From positions 35,079 through 99,078 of the forward strand of contig LCRX01000006.1 of the NCBI GenBank assembly GCA_001004885.1: a stretch of DNA of 64,000 nucleotides. The letters run 5' to 3'. Under the pieces are notes generated by a model that saw only the letters and a program-made list of their open reading frames with translations, ran no database searches and was not told the origin of the DNA. The position numbers and the translations under genes were made by a program. Each line of letters starts with the position of its first letter. Positions within the stretch are counted from its first letter, which is position 1. Origin of the DNA: Candidatus Magasanikbacteria bacterium GW2011_GWA2_56_11 (lineage in GTDB: Bacteria > Patescibacteriota > Patescibacteriia > Magasanikbacterales > UBA922). Positions 1-9,993 of the stretch are shown here, piece by piece.

Positions 1-13
1 ATAGCTGTACGCT

Positions 14-775
14 ATGCAGGACTTTTTACACACCACCATCCGCGCGGCCGGGGCGATCGCCCGCGATTATTTCGTCCGCGGCGTTACGCACTCCGAGAAA
101 ACCAGCGTGGCCGATCTTTTGACCGAGGCCGACGTGGCCGTGAGCGACTATTTGATCGCCCAAATCCAGGCCAACTACCCCGACCACCAGATCCACTCCG
201 AAGAGCGCGCCGCGGATATCAACCCGGGCGCCCGGTACGAGTGGGTCATTGACCCGATCGACGGCACGCGTAATTTCGCTCTGGGCATTCCGTTTTGGGC
301 GCCGCTGGTCGCCGTGATCAAGGACGGCAAGCCGTTTTTGGCCGCTATTTTCAATCCCATGAGCGACCAGCTGTTTTCGGCTGCCCAAGGTGGAGGAGCC
401 TATCTCAACGGCCAGCGAATTCAGGTAAACGGCGTCGACACTCTTGAGCATGGCTTTGGGGTAATTTACCGCCGGTCGGGGTTTCCCCGGGTAGAGAGGT
501 ATATCCGCGCCATGGACGAGCTCAACCGCGCCTCCACGACTTGGCTTCATAATTACGGGAGCATGGTGGCGGCCGCCCATCTTGCCTCGGGCGGAATTGA
601 CTTCTATTTGTCGAACTCCGGTTTTGACCATGACTTACTGGCTCCGGCTCTTATCTGTTCCGAGGCCGGCGCCGTTGTTACCGACGCGGATGGCAATCCC
701 TGGACGCGCGAGCACCACGATATCGTCATTGCCAATCCGAGGCTGCATCCCAAAGTACTAGCTTTGCTCAAATAA
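14..775 (+). CDS. Inositol monophosphatase family protein
   Basis: Motifs SEE and WVIDPIDGTRNF; D..A..LI..EAG..VTD. Confidence 0.9.
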   Translation: MQDFLHTTIRAAGAIARDYFVRGVTHSEKTSVADLLTEADVAVSDYLIAQIQANYPDHQIHSEERAADINPGARYEWVIDPIDGTRNFALGIPFWAPLVAVIKDGKPFLAAIFNPMSDQLFSAAQGGGAYLNGQRIQVNGVDTLEHGFGVIYRRSGFPRVERYIRAMDELNRASTTWLHNYGSMVAAAHLASGGIDFYLSNSGFDHDLLAPALICSEAGAVVTDADGNPWTREHHDIVIANPRLHPKVLALLK

Positions 776-789
776 GTTTTCTTTCGGGT

Positions 790-3699
790 ATGGAGAAATA
801 CAATCCGCAAGCGATAGAAAAGAAGTGGCAGGAGTACTGGGACCGTTGCCAGACTTTTGCCGTTTCCGAAGATCAGGCCAAGGAAAAATTTTACGGTCTG
901 ATTGAGTTTCCCTACCCCAGCGGCGCCGGGTTGCACGTCGGCCACCCGCGTTCCTACACCGCCATGGACGTGATTTGCCGCCAAAAGCGGATGCAAGGGA
1001 AAAACGTGCTTTACCCGATCGGCTTCGATTCTTTTGGCCTGCCGACGGAAAATTTCGCGATCAAGACCGGCCGGCCGCCGGCCGAGATCACGGCCGAAAA
1101 CATCGCCACTTTCACGCGTCAGCTTAAGAGTCTCGGTTTCAGTTTCGATTGGTCGCGCGCGGTAACCACGAGCGAACCGGAATATTACCGGTGGACGCAA
1201 TGGATTTTTTTGCAGCTCTACAAGCACGGCCTGGCCTACAAAACCAACCAGCCGATCAATTGGTGTCCGAAGGACAAGATCGGTCTGGCCAACGAAGAGG
1301 TCGTGGACGGCAAGTGCGAGCGCTGCGGCGCCGTGGTGGAAAAGCGCAACAAAGAACAGTGGATGCTCGCCATCACCAAGTACGCGGACCAACTTCTGGA
1401 GGGGCTAAAAGAAGTCGACTACATTGAACGGGCCAAAATTCAGCAGGAGAACTGGATCGGACGAAGCGAGGGCGCGCTTATTACCTTTACGATTCCCTGT
1501 TTTTGCTGCCCGGACCGGCCGCGAACGCCGGGCGCGGTCGGCTGCGCCGAAGATCGCACGCTCACGGTGTTTTCCACCCGGCCGGATACCCTGTTTGGCG
1601 CGACCTACGCGGTCGTGTCGCCGGAGCATCCCGTCATCGCGCCACTACAGGCGAAAATTGAAAATTGGGACGAGGTAAAAGCCTACATCGAAGCCGCCAA
1701 GCGCAAGACCGATATCGAACGGACCGAGCTGCAGAAAGAAAAAACTGGCCTGGAACTGAAAGGCATTAAGGCTATCAATCCGGCGAACGGCGAGGCGATC
1801 CCGGTCTGGGTCGCGGACTACGTGCTCGGCCATTACGGCACTGGCGCCATTATGGCCGTGCCCGCGCACGACGAGCGCGACTTTGAGTTCGCGAGGAAGT
1901 TCGGTTTGCCCGTTAAATACGTGGTCGCCCCTTTCTTTTTGACCGCCGAGGGCCGCGACGCTGTTCGCAGCGACAAGCCGACGGTACGCCGGACAACGGT
2001 ATATGCTTTCGTAAAACACTGGAGCGAAGACAAGTACCTGTGCCTGGACTGGACGAAATTTGGCTGGCACTCCGGGATAATCGGCGGGATCGAGGACGGC
2101 GAGGATCCGGAAACGGCGGCCCGGCGCGAGATTCGCGAGGAAACCGGCTACCAAAACGTCCGCCTGGTACGCCGGGTCGACGAGGAAGTCCATAACCATT
2201 ATTTTGCCGCCCACAAAGACGAAAATCGCTATGCTGTCGGCCGCGGTCTGCTCTTTGTTTTAGAGAACGATGAGCGTGAACCGACCAAGGCGGACGAGAC
2301 ACAGAATCACGAAGCGGTGTGGGTGGAGGGGCGGGAGATGGAAAAATTCCTCAATTTGAATGTCTACGAGTATTTGTGGAAAAGGCTCCAGGCGCCTCCG
2401 TCGGCCTTTGCCGGCGAGGGGATCGCCACCAACTCCGATTTTCTTGACGGTTTGTCCACGGCCGCGGCCAAAGAAAAAATCACGCGCTGGCTTGAAGAGA
2501 GGGGAGTCGGGCAGCGCCAGGTCAACTACAAGCTCCGCGACTGGGTCTTTTCGCGCCAGCGCTACTGGGGCGAGCCGATTCCGCTCGTACATTGCGCCAA
2601 TTGCGGCGGCTGGGTGCCGCTTCCGGAGGACCAGCTGCCCCTCACTCTTCCCACGGTCGAAAAGTATCAGCCGACCGATACCGGGGAATCGCCGCTCGCC
2701 GCGATGACCGACTGGGTGAACACCACCTGTCCAAAGTGCGGTGGCGCGGCGCGGCGCGAGACCGACACGATGCCGAACTGGGCCGGCTCGAGCTGGTACT
2801 TTTTGCGCTACTGCGATCCCAATAACGGCCGCTCTCTTGCCGACCCGGATAAGCTAAGATACTGGCTGCCGGTAGACTGGTACAACGGCGGCATGGAACA
2901 CACCGTGCTCCATCTGCTCTACTCGCGCTTTTGGCACCAGTTTTTGTACGACATCGGCGTCGTGCCGACGCGCGAGCCGTACGCCAAGCGCACCAGCCAC
3001 GGCATGATTCTCGCCAAAGGCGGCGAGAAGATGAGCAAATCCAGGGGCAATGTGGTCAACCCGGACGAAATGGTGGCCGAGTTCGGCGCGGACGCGCTCA
3101 GAACTTACATCATGTTCATGGGTCCGTTCGACCAGGCGGTGGAGTGGGACACGAACGGCCTCGTTGGCGTGCGGCGTTTTCTCGACAAAGTCTGGGGTTT
3201 GCAGTACCGGGTCGCTGACGACGCTCCGGATGATCGCGCCGACGAACGGCTGACGCATGTTACGGTTCGCCAGATCACGAACGATATCGATCAGATGCGT
3301 TTCAACACGTGCGTGTCCCAGCTCATGATTTTTACCAACCAGCTCGCTTCCGGCGAGCGGACCATAAAGCGTGAGTACTTTGAAAAGTTGGTTTTATTGG
3401 TCTCGACTTTTGCGCCGCATCTGGGCGAAGAGTTGTGGTCGCGGCTGGGCCACACGAGCTCGGTGGCGCTCGCGCCCTGGCCGACATACGATGAGGCGCT
3501 CGCGGCGGCCGACGAGGTGACGATCGTGGTGCAGGTCAACGGCAAGGTGCGCGACGAATTTACGGTACCCGCGGAAACGCCCGAGGCCGAGGTGAAAGAG
3601 CGCGCGCTTACGAGTGAGCGGGTAGAGAAGTGGCTGGCCGGGAAAGAGCCCAAGAAGGTGATTTACGTGAAAGGGAAGTTGGTGTCGATCGTGCTGTAG
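790..3699 (+). CDS. leuS: Leucine--tRNA ligase with internal NUDIX domain
   Basis: FPYPSGAGLHVGH (HIGH), KMSKS, GTGAIMAVPAHDERD editing motif, LRDWVFSRQRYWG, VQVNGKVR; Nudix box insertion. Confidence 0.97.
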   Translation: MEKYNPQAIEKKWQEYWDRCQTFAVSEDQAKEKFYGLIEFPYPSGAGLHVGHPRSYTAMDVICRQKRMQGKNVLYPIGFDSFGLPTENFAIKTGRPPAEITAENIATFTRQLKSLGFSFDWSRAVTTSEPEYYRWTQWIFLQLYKHGLAYKTNQPINWCPKDKIGLANEEVVDGKCERCGAVVEKRNKEQWMLAITKYADQLLEGLKEVDYIERAKIQQENWIGRSEGALITFTIPCFCCPDRPRTPGAVGCAEDRTLTVFSTRPDTLFGATYAVVSPEHPVIAPLQAKIENWDEVKAYIEAAKRKTDIERTELQKEKTGLELKGIKAINPANGEAIPVWVADYVLGHYGTGAIMAVPAHDERDFEFARKFGLPVKYVVAPFFLTAEGRDAVRSDKPTVRRTTVYAFVKHWSEDKYLCLDWTKFGWHSGIIGGIEDGEDPETAARREIREETGYQNVRLVRRVDEEVHNHYFAAHKDENRYAVGRGLLFVLENDEREPTKADETQNHEAVWVEGREMEKFLNLNVYEYLWKRLQAPPSAFAGEGIATNSDFLDGLSTAAAKEKITRWLEERGVGQRQVNYKLRDWVFSRQRYWGEPIPLVHCANCGGWVPLPEDQLPLTLPTVEKYQPTDTGESPLAAMTDWVNTTCPKCGGAARRETDTMPNWAGSSWYFLRYCDPNNGRSLADPDKLRYWLPVDWYNGGMEHTVLHLLYSRFWHQFLYDIGVVPTREPYAKRTSHGMILAKGGEKMSKSRGNVVNPDEMVAEFGADALRTYIMFMGPFDQAVEWDTNGLVGVRRFLDKVWGLQYRVADDAPDDRADERLTHVTVRQITNDIDQMRFNTCVSQLMIFTNQLASGERTIKREYFEKLVLLVSTFAPHLGEELWSRLGHTSSVALAPWPTYDEALAAADEVTIVVQVNGKVRDEFTVPAETPEAEVKERALTSERVEKWLAGKEPKKVIYVKGKLVSIVL

Positions 3700-3849
3700 G
3701 TGAGTAAGTTTTGTCTATCTATTTCCGTAAAGCCAAACGACGTGGTGGTTATCGCACCCAAAGTTGAGTATGCCTATGAGGGGAGGATGAAACTTTTCGA
3801 GGCGAATTATCCGGCGACCGATGACGATGATGAAGCAGAGATAAAGTAA
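3700..3849 (+). pseudogene. Probable C-terminal remnant of a cupin-like protein (49 codons)
   Basis: Hand translation: VSKFCLSISVKPNDVVVIAPKVEYAYEGRMKLFEANYPATDDDDEAEIK*. Resembles the second cupin motif region; starts directly after the leuS stop. Confidence 0.4.
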
Positions 3850-3857
3850 TATTTGTT

Positions 3858-5303
3858 ATGAAAAATTTTTTCGGCAATAAAATTCAGTGGGTGTGGACAA
3901 TGCGTAAGTTAAATACGCCACTCTCCGTCTCGTCATACCTGCCTGGCGTCAAGATGGGACAAAAATATTTCGGATACCCGACGCATTTGAGCGCGACATG
4001 GTACGACCATGGTGACATTTATTTTGATAAAGAAGAAATCAAGGCCATCGCAGAATTTCTCAGATACAAAACGCGTGGCGACTCCGATTATCCAGACAAA
4101 ATCGCAAAACATATTTTTTCTTTCGCCAAAGAAATTGATCGCCAAACGCCTCCAAACACAAAAGGTAAGTCTTTACCGCAGCTTATCACGCTTTTCAAGA
4201 AAGAGCAGAAACTATTTTTGCAAATGATCGGTTTCATGAGCTACCGCGGTTCAGTGCAAATGGGCGATATTTTGCGGGAGCAGCTTGAAACTATTTTGAC
4301 GTACCGCCTCGGAGAAAAGCACAAACTAAACCAATTTGGGCAATATATCGAAACGCTCTCATATCCGTACCACGAAAGCATTATTGCCGAAGAGAAAAAA
4401 AATATTCTGCGCCTGGCAAGCGGTTTCAAGAATTTGACGAAAGTAAAACAGGAACAAGCGGTTCATGTCTACTGGAAGAAATATGAATGGTTGGCTTACC
4501 ATTGGTTTGTGGGGGCGCCACCGAACGAAAAACAGCTGAAAGACCGGATTGAAAAACTTGCGCCAACTGCCAAAAAAGAACTGGTCGCTCTGGCGGAGCT
4601 CCAAAAAGAGAACGAAGAAAAGGTTAGAACCGCCGTTCACGACCTCGATCTGAATGACAAGGAGAAAAAAGTTGTGAGGCAATACCGCGCGTGGTTATTT
4701 CTAAGAACATTCGTAAAAGACAATATTAATAAGGCGAGCTATAAACTTTTGCCTATCCTGAACGCGATGGGGGAATCTTTCGGCATAGAATCCAAACTAA
4801 TGCCCTATTTATCGCTAGACGAAATTCACGCGCTCGCCCAATTATCGCGCCAAGAAGTAAAAAAACTCATTACTGAACGGCGCGGAGGGTTTAGCGCGGG
4901 TATTGTGGACAACAAATTTGCTTTTCAGGGATTTGACAAAAAAGTTTCCTCGGAGCGGAAAGGCGACGAACAACACGTCAAAGGTTCAATCGCATTTCGG
5001 GGCAAAATTTCCGGCGTCGCCAAAGTTTTGCTTTCGCCACAAGAACAACATGATTTGAAAAAGGGAGAAATTCTAGTGACCCCAATGACCACGCCCGACT
5101 TACTGCCGGCAATGGAACGAGCCGCGGCGTTCGTAACCGACGAGGGCGGCATTACTTGCCACGCGGCTATTGTCGCGCGTGAGATGAAAAAGCCCTGCAT
5201 TATCGGAACAAGAACGGCCACCAAACAAATCCATAGCGGAGACACAATAGAGGTTGACGCGGAAAATGGGGTAGTCAATATTCTCGATAGAGCCAATTTT
5301 TAA
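3858..5303 (+). CDS. PEP-utilising enzyme mobile (phospho-His swivel) domain protein
   Basis: C-terminal GEILVTPMTTPD...AAAFVTDEGGITCHAAIVAREMKKPCIIG; no ATP-grasp domain recognisable. Confidence 0.85.
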   Translation: MKNFFGNKIQWVWTMRKLNTPLSVSSYLPGVKMGQKYFGYPTHLSATWYDHGDIYFDKEEIKAIAEFLRYKTRGDSDYPDKIAKHIFSFAKEIDRQTPPNTKGKSLPQLITLFKKEQKLFLQMIGFMSYRGSVQMGDILREQLETILTYRLGEKHKLNQFGQYIETLSYPYHESIIAEEKKNILRLASGFKNLTKVKQEQAVHVYWKKYEWLAYHWFVGAPPNEKQLKDRIEKLAPTAKKELVALAELQKENEEKVRTAVHDLDLNDKEKKVVRQYRAWLFLRTFVKDNINKASYKLLPILNAMGESFGIESKLMPYLSLDEIHALAQLSRQEVKKLITERRGGFSAGIVDNKFAFQGFDKKVSSERKGDEQHVKGSIAFRGKISGVAKVLLSPQEQHDLKKGEILVTPMTTPDLLPAMERAAAFVTDEGGITCHAAIVAREMKKPCIIGTRTATKQIHSGDTIEVDAENGVVNILDRANF

Positions 5304-5315
5304 CATGACGGTACT

Positions 5316-5747
5316 ATGGCAGAATTACCAGATGAAAACTCAAAGCGGTTCATCGCCGTCCTTAATAAAAAAGTTGAGCCGGGTCGTGCCATGAACGCGC
5401 TTGGCCACATGGCAGCCGGTCTCGCGGGTGGCTCTGGAAAAGCGGATGAAATGTGCTTCCTGCAATACGAAGACAAAAATGGCGGCGTTCATCCAAACAT
5501 CTCGCACTATCCGTTCATTGTCCTAAAAGCGGGCAATTCAAATAAAATTCGTATAGTTAGAAGTGAGTGCCTAACCCGCGGTATTCCATTTTCAGATTTT
5601 ACAAGCACAATGACAATTGGTACGTCTCAAGAACAGCAGAACGCTACCCTCTCGACCCCGGAAGAAGAACTTGAATACTGTGGTATCGTCATGTTCGGCT
5701 CGACGCAAGAATTAAGAGAATTTACCGGCAAGTTTTCGTTGTATTAA
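5316..5747 (+). CDS. DUF2000 family protein (PTH2-like fold)
   Basis: MNALGHM...YEDKNGGVH..ISHYPFIVLKA...DFT.TM....EELEY.GI..FG pattern. Confidence 0.7.
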   Translation: MAELPDENSKRFIAVLNKKVEPGRAMNALGHMAAGLAGGSGKADEMCFLQYEDKNGGVHPNISHYPFIVLKAGNSNKIRIVRSECLTRGIPFSDFTSTMTIGTSQEQQNATLSTPEEELEYCGIVMFGSTQELREFTGKFSLY

Positions 5748-5748
5748 T

Positions 5749-6375
5749 ATGGAACATTTAGCTCTTATTGGTACAGTCACAGTCATTCATTTATTGGCCG
5801 TCATCAGTCCGGGGCCCGATTTTATTATGGCGTGCAGGAATTCGTTGACCTATTCACGCAAAACTGGTATCTGGACAGCAATCGGTTTTGGCCTCGGAAT
5901 TGCAACTCACATTTTTTATTCCCTGGCCGGCCTCGCTTTGATTATTTCCAGGTCTATTCTGCTGTTCAGCGTCATCAAATTTTTAGGGGCCGGATATTTG
6001 ATTTACATCGGTCTTAAATCTGTTTTATCGAAATCCTCAAAAATTGAACTCGGCGAAGAGCGAAAGAAGGAAGATATTACTCGCTTTGCGGCAGTCAGGA
6101 TTGGATTTTTAACAAATATGCTTAACCCAAAAGTGACTTTATTTTTTTTAAGTCTATTTACGTTCGTCATATCTCCAAAGACGCCGCTGCTGATCATGGG
6201 AATAGTAAGCGCAATTATGATAATCGACACAATGCTCTGGTTTTCGCTTGTCGCTGTATTTCTTACCCAGAAAAGAACCCGCTCAATTTTTGAAAGATTT
6301 CAGGGTGTCTTCAATAAAACATTAGGCGGACTGCTCATTGCTTTGGGCGTCAGGGTTGCCTTGCCTGAAAAATAA
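5749..6375 (+). CDS. LysE/RhtB family exporter
   Basis: SPGPDF, GAGYLIYIG, GFLTNMLNPK motifs; hydrophobic. Confidence 0.92.
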   Translation: MEHLALIGTVTVIHLLAVISPGPDFIMACRNSLTYSRKTGIWTAIGFGLGIATHIFYSLAGLALIISRSILLFSVIKFLGAGYLIYIGLKSVLSKSSKIELGEERKKEDITRFAAVRIGFLTNMLNPKVTLFFLSLFTFVISPKTPLLIMGIVSAIMIIDTMLWFSLVAVFLTQKRTRSIFERFQGVFNKTLGGLLIALGVRVALPEK

Positions 6376-6446
6376 AATTGCGAATATTTTTAAAGCCGAT
6401 CAAAACACCGCCTCACGTGGTATTCGTCATTTAATAAAATGACAGA

Positions 6447-7073
6447 ATGGAGAGCCTCGTATTAATCAGCACAATTCTGGCCGTACACGTCTTTGCTTGG
6501 TTTACTCCCGGTCCACTTTTTGTATTAATCATCAGAAATTCGTTGGTGTATTCGCGCCAGTCTGGAATCTGGACAGCGGTCGGAATAGCAATCGGCAACT
6601 TTATCCATATTACATACTCTGTGGCTGGAATGGCGTTTATCATTTCCGCGTCGCCAGTTACTTTCAGTGTCATCAAGTTTTTGGGCGTCGGTTATCTGGC
6701 GTACCTCGGAATCAAAACTTTCCTAATTAAAGCGGAAACACAAAAGGGGGCACCATGTTCTGGCGCACACAAAGATTTTTCTCCTTTCCAGACGGCAAAA
6801 ATTGGCTTCTTAGCAAACATTCTTAGTCCTAAAGCATCGCTTTTTTTTGCAAGCATATTCGCGACAGTAATAGCGTCCGGCTCTCCGTTTTGGGTTGTTA
6901 TATTTTTGTGGATCGCAATGCCACTCAATTCCTTTATCATGGCTTCCATACTTTCCATTTTTTTCACACAAAATAAAGTCAGAAGTTTTTACGCCAACTA
7001 TCAACACATGGTGAACCAACTACTCGGCGTGCTATTGCTTGCGCTGGCAATAATGATCGCGATCCACAAATAG
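6447..7073 (+). CDS. LysE/RhtB family exporter (second copy)
   Basis: TPGPLF, GVGYLAYLG, GFLANILSPK. Confidence 0.9.
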   Translation: MESLVLISTILAVHVFAWFTPGPLFVLIIRNSLVYSRQSGIWTAVGIAIGNFIHITYSVAGMAFIISASPVTFSVIKFLGVGYLAYLGIKTFLIKAETQKGAPCSGAHKDFSPFQTAKIGFLANILSPKASLFFASIFATVIASGSPFWVVIFLWIAMPLNSFIMASILSIFFTQNKVRSFYANYQHMVNQLLGVLLLALAIMIAIHK

Positions 7074-7149
7074 AAAATTAGGGTTTAAGCGGTGGAAAAA
7101 CCCGCAATGGAAGGAAGTGGCAACGTATTAACTATTCCTCCCATGAATG

Positions 7150-7179
7150 AAAACAAAAAACACTTTTGGTAAAGTGTTG
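7150..7179 (-). terminator. Intrinsic terminator downstream of the 87-aa ORF
   Basis: Minus strand AACACTTT-acca-AAAGTGTT followed by a T run. Confidence 0.55.
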
Positions 7180-7253
7180 TGCCGCCCCTCACCGTGAACC
7201 ACGTTGGTCCAGATGAGGGGCGATGCGGGACCGTTGGCGCCGGCGTGGTCGCG

Positions 7254-7517
7254 CTAGTCGATGATGGCGTGTATGACCCCGACGCCGTACTGCAGCAGAG
7301 CCTCGAGGCCGATCCGCAGGTGGTCGGGGTCGCTCATCACAACCTCGTGGAACTCGCGCGCGAGTTCGTGGTCCTGCATGATGCCCTCGACCGCGCTGCC
7401 GGATAAGACGCCGTTGGACGACTGCTGCTCGGCACGTGCGAGGATCCCCACAGCCAGATTTCCCAGCCGATCCTTGTTGTCCTCCACGAACTTCCTGACG
7501 TTCGCCAGTGCGTACAT
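7254..7517 (-). CDS. Small hypothetical protein (87 aa)
   Basis: Strong SD AAGGAGGTG 4 nt before the ATG; upstream TTGACG-17-TAAAAG; downstream hairpin plus U-run. Confidence 0.7.
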   Translation of the reverse strand: MYALANVRKFVEDNKDRLGNLAVGILARAEQQSSNGVLSGSAVEGIMQDHELAREFHEVVMSDPDHLRIGLEALLQYGVGVIHAIID

Positions 7518-7669
7518 AGCACACCTCCTTAGGTCGGGTTTCTGTCATCCTTTTATCACATCAATCGATGGCCGTCAAGGGGCGGAACTTCTGCTATACG
7601 CGAAGATTAAGCGAAATTTTAAAATCCCATCTCATAAATATGAATTATGAATGCGGGCTTTTCATTTCC

Positions 7670-7707
7670 CTTCCTCCCGGCTCTGACCCGGAGGGAGTTT
7701 TTTATTT
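7670..7707 (+). terminator. Terminator-like hairpin upstream of comEC
   Basis: CTTCCTCCCGG-ctctgac-CCGGAGGGAG then TTTTTTATTT. Confidence 0.45.
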
Positions 7708-7811
7708 GCCGGAAATGTTATGAAAATTTTATCTCCGGCCTGCTAGACTAGTTTGGGGCCGGGGCGAGCAGCGGGCGGCTGGCCAGATAAATCGGGCTTT
7801 GACCGCGGCAT

Positions 7812-9299
7812 ATGAAAGATCGTCTTCTCCGGATAGCCAACTCGAAAAGCCGCGTTTTTTTCGCTCTCTGTTTATGCTTTCTGGCCGGGGTTTTCGCGGC
7901 CTCGCTTGGCAGCGGCAACGCCGCCCTTCGGGGGCCCTGTCTCACCCTATTGTTCTGTCTCGCCGCCCTGCTTTTTGTCGGTTGGCGTTACGTTCTGCCC
8001 CGTTTGGCCATCATCGGCGTCATCGCCTTCATCGCCGGCAGTCTGCGCTACGCGCAGGCTTACCCGGACGAGCACGCCTACGGAGTACGCAATTTAGCCG
8101 GCCAAACCGTCACGCTCGCGGGCTTTGTAGCCGCGGAGCCCGACATCCGCCTAAGCGATCAGCGGCTTATCGTGAACGTATCGGATCCGCCCGGACGGGT
8201 TTACCTGAAAATTCCTCTCTATCCCCGCTATGCTTACGGGGACAGAGTAAAGATAACCTGCCGGCTAAGACGCCCCGAAGCGATGGCCACTGATAACGGC
8301 CGGGTTTTTCGCTACGATATGTACCTGGCCCGCCTGGGCGTGTTTGCCCTCTGTGAAAATCCGGTAATAGCCAAAATCGGCGGCGGGGAGGGCAGCCGGG
8401 CGCGGGCCGAGATTCTGCGCGCCAAGGCGCTAGTCGCGGGGAAAGTCGAACTTTTGTGGAGCGAGCCGCACGCGAGCTTTATGGCCGGGCTTTTGTACGG
8501 CTATCGCGGCGGTCTGGGCAGCCTGCAGGAGCAGTTTAACCTAACCGGCGTTACGCACATCGTGGCCGTATCTGGCTACAACATTACCATCATAGCGACG
8601 ATTCTCATTTCCCTGTGCACTTATCTCTATATTCCGCGGCAGAGGGCTTTCTGGTTCGTAGTCGCCGGTATTGTCCTGTTTGTCGCTTTCACCGGCGCCT
8701 CGGCCTCGGTGGTCCGGGCGGGAATAATGGGGATAATCGCGCTGCTCGGCAGGCAACTGGGCCGGCCGTCGCGCAGCGGCAATGTGCTTGTTCTGGCGGC
8801 CGCCGTTATGGTCGCGCACAACCCGTTCGTTTTGCTCTCTGATGCCGGGTTCCAACTGTCTTTTCTTTCGACGCTGGGTCTGGTTTACATCAATCCGCTG
8901 ATTAAAAACCGGTTTCTGGCGGTACCGGGGATGTCGGGCCTGAATGAAACTCTCACGAGTACCTTGTCGGCTATTATCGCTACCTGCCCCCTCATTCTCT
9001 ACCAGTTTGGCCGTCTGTCATTGGTGGCTCCGGTGGTAAATATACTTATTCTTTGGCTTATACCCTGGCTCATGCTTCTCGGAGCGGCGGCCGTGGCGGT
9101 AAGTTTTTTTTCCGGTTTTTTGGGCCAGATCGCGGCCGGCATCGCCTGGGTCGGACTCGAGTACATTATTGTCGTGGTGCGCTGGTTTGCCGCCTGGCCG
9201 TGGGCGTCCATATCCGTCGGGTTGCCCTGGTGGGGGATGGCGGCAATGTATTGTGGTATGCTATACCTAGCCGGTAAATATTTCGGTAAGGGACGATAA
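7812..9299 (+). CDS. comEC: ComEC/Rec2 competence membrane protein (channel part)
   Basis: TGVTHIVAVSGYNI, SVVRAGIM, DAGFQLSFLSTLGL motifs. Confidence 0.93.
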   Translation: MKDRLLRIANSKSRVFFALCLCFLAGVFAASLGSGNAALRGPCLTLLFCLAALLFVGWRYVLPRLAIIGVIAFIAGSLRYAQAYPDEHAYGVRNLAGQTVTLAGFVAAEPDIRLSDQRLIVNVSDPPGRVYLKIPLYPRYAYGDRVKITCRLRRPEAMATDNGRVFRYDMYLARLGVFALCENPVIAKIGGGEGSRARAEILRAKALVAGKVELLWSEPHASFMAGLLYGYRGGLGSLQEQFNLTGVTHIVAVSGYNITIIATILISLCTYLYIPRQRAFWFVVAGIVLFVAFTGASASVVRAGIMGIIALLGRQLGRPSRSGNVLVLAAAVMVAHNPFVLLSDAGFQLSFLSTLGLVYINPLIKNRFLAVPGMSGLNETLTSTLSAIIATCPLILYQFGRLSLVAPVVNILILWLIPWLMLLGAAAVAVSFFSGFLGQIAAGIAWVGLEYIIVVVRWFAAWPWASISVGLPWWGMAAMYCGMLYLAGKYFGKGR

Positions 9300-9318
9300 C
9301 ACTTTTTGATAAAGGCTT

Positions 9319-9933
9319 ATGCCAAAAAGACACCGCTCACATAATTCCGCCTCTGGCTATGATCTGGCCAGCAGCGTATACGATAAGAAAGAGGGTTATC
9401 TAAACAGTTTCGAGCAGGGAAAGGCGATACCGCTCCTGGGCCACGTTGCCGGCCGAGAAATTCTGGATGTCGGCGCCGGCACCGGGCGGCTCGCGCTGCC
9501 GCTCGCCTTGTCCGGGGCTCGGGTAACGGCGCTCGATATATCCGCGGGCATGCTCTCGGTGCTCGCGCGCAAAGACCGCGGTAAGCATGTGCGGACAGTG
9601 CTCGGCGAGGCGGAGGCGCTGCCGTTTGCCGGCGAGACGTTTGACGCCGTTACCGCGGCCTTTGTCATCGTGCATCTCAAGGATCCGCGCCGTTTTTTCG
9701 ACGAAGCGTACCGCGTGCTCAAAAACGGCGGATTGTTTTTAATTACCAATATTAACCAAAAAGATCCGCCGGAGATAAACACTCCCGAAGGAAATATAGT
9801 TATCGAATCTTATTACCATCGTCCGGAACGGGTCCGGGAGGTTCTGGCCAAATTGGCGTTTTCAATCGAGCGGGAGGAGACGATACGCGAAAATGGCGTG
9901 TGGATAAACCAGATCATACTGGCTAGAAAATAG
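9319..9933 (+). CDS. Class I SAM-dependent methyltransferase
   Basis: ILDVGAGTGR motif I; AEALPF..ETFD; RVLKNGG. Confidence 0.9.
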   Translation: MPKRHRSHNSASGYDLASSVYDKKEGYLNSFEQGKAIPLLGHVAGREILDVGAGTGRLALPLALSGARVTALDISAGMLSVLARKDRGKHVRTVLGEAEALPFAGETFDAVTAAFVIVHLKDPRRFFDEAYRVLKNGGLFLITNINQKDPPEINTPEGNIVIESYYHRPERVREVLAKLAFSIEREETIRENGVWINQIILARK

Positions 9934-9993
9934 GTTAAAAGTTGCTTTGGCCGCGCGGCTTAGCCGTCGAAACAATGCCCGGCGGGGGAGAAT

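Noticed and set aside
1930-2400. Intein in leuS
   Set aside because: No C/S...HN splice motifs or LAGLIDADG blocks; the insert carries a Nudix box
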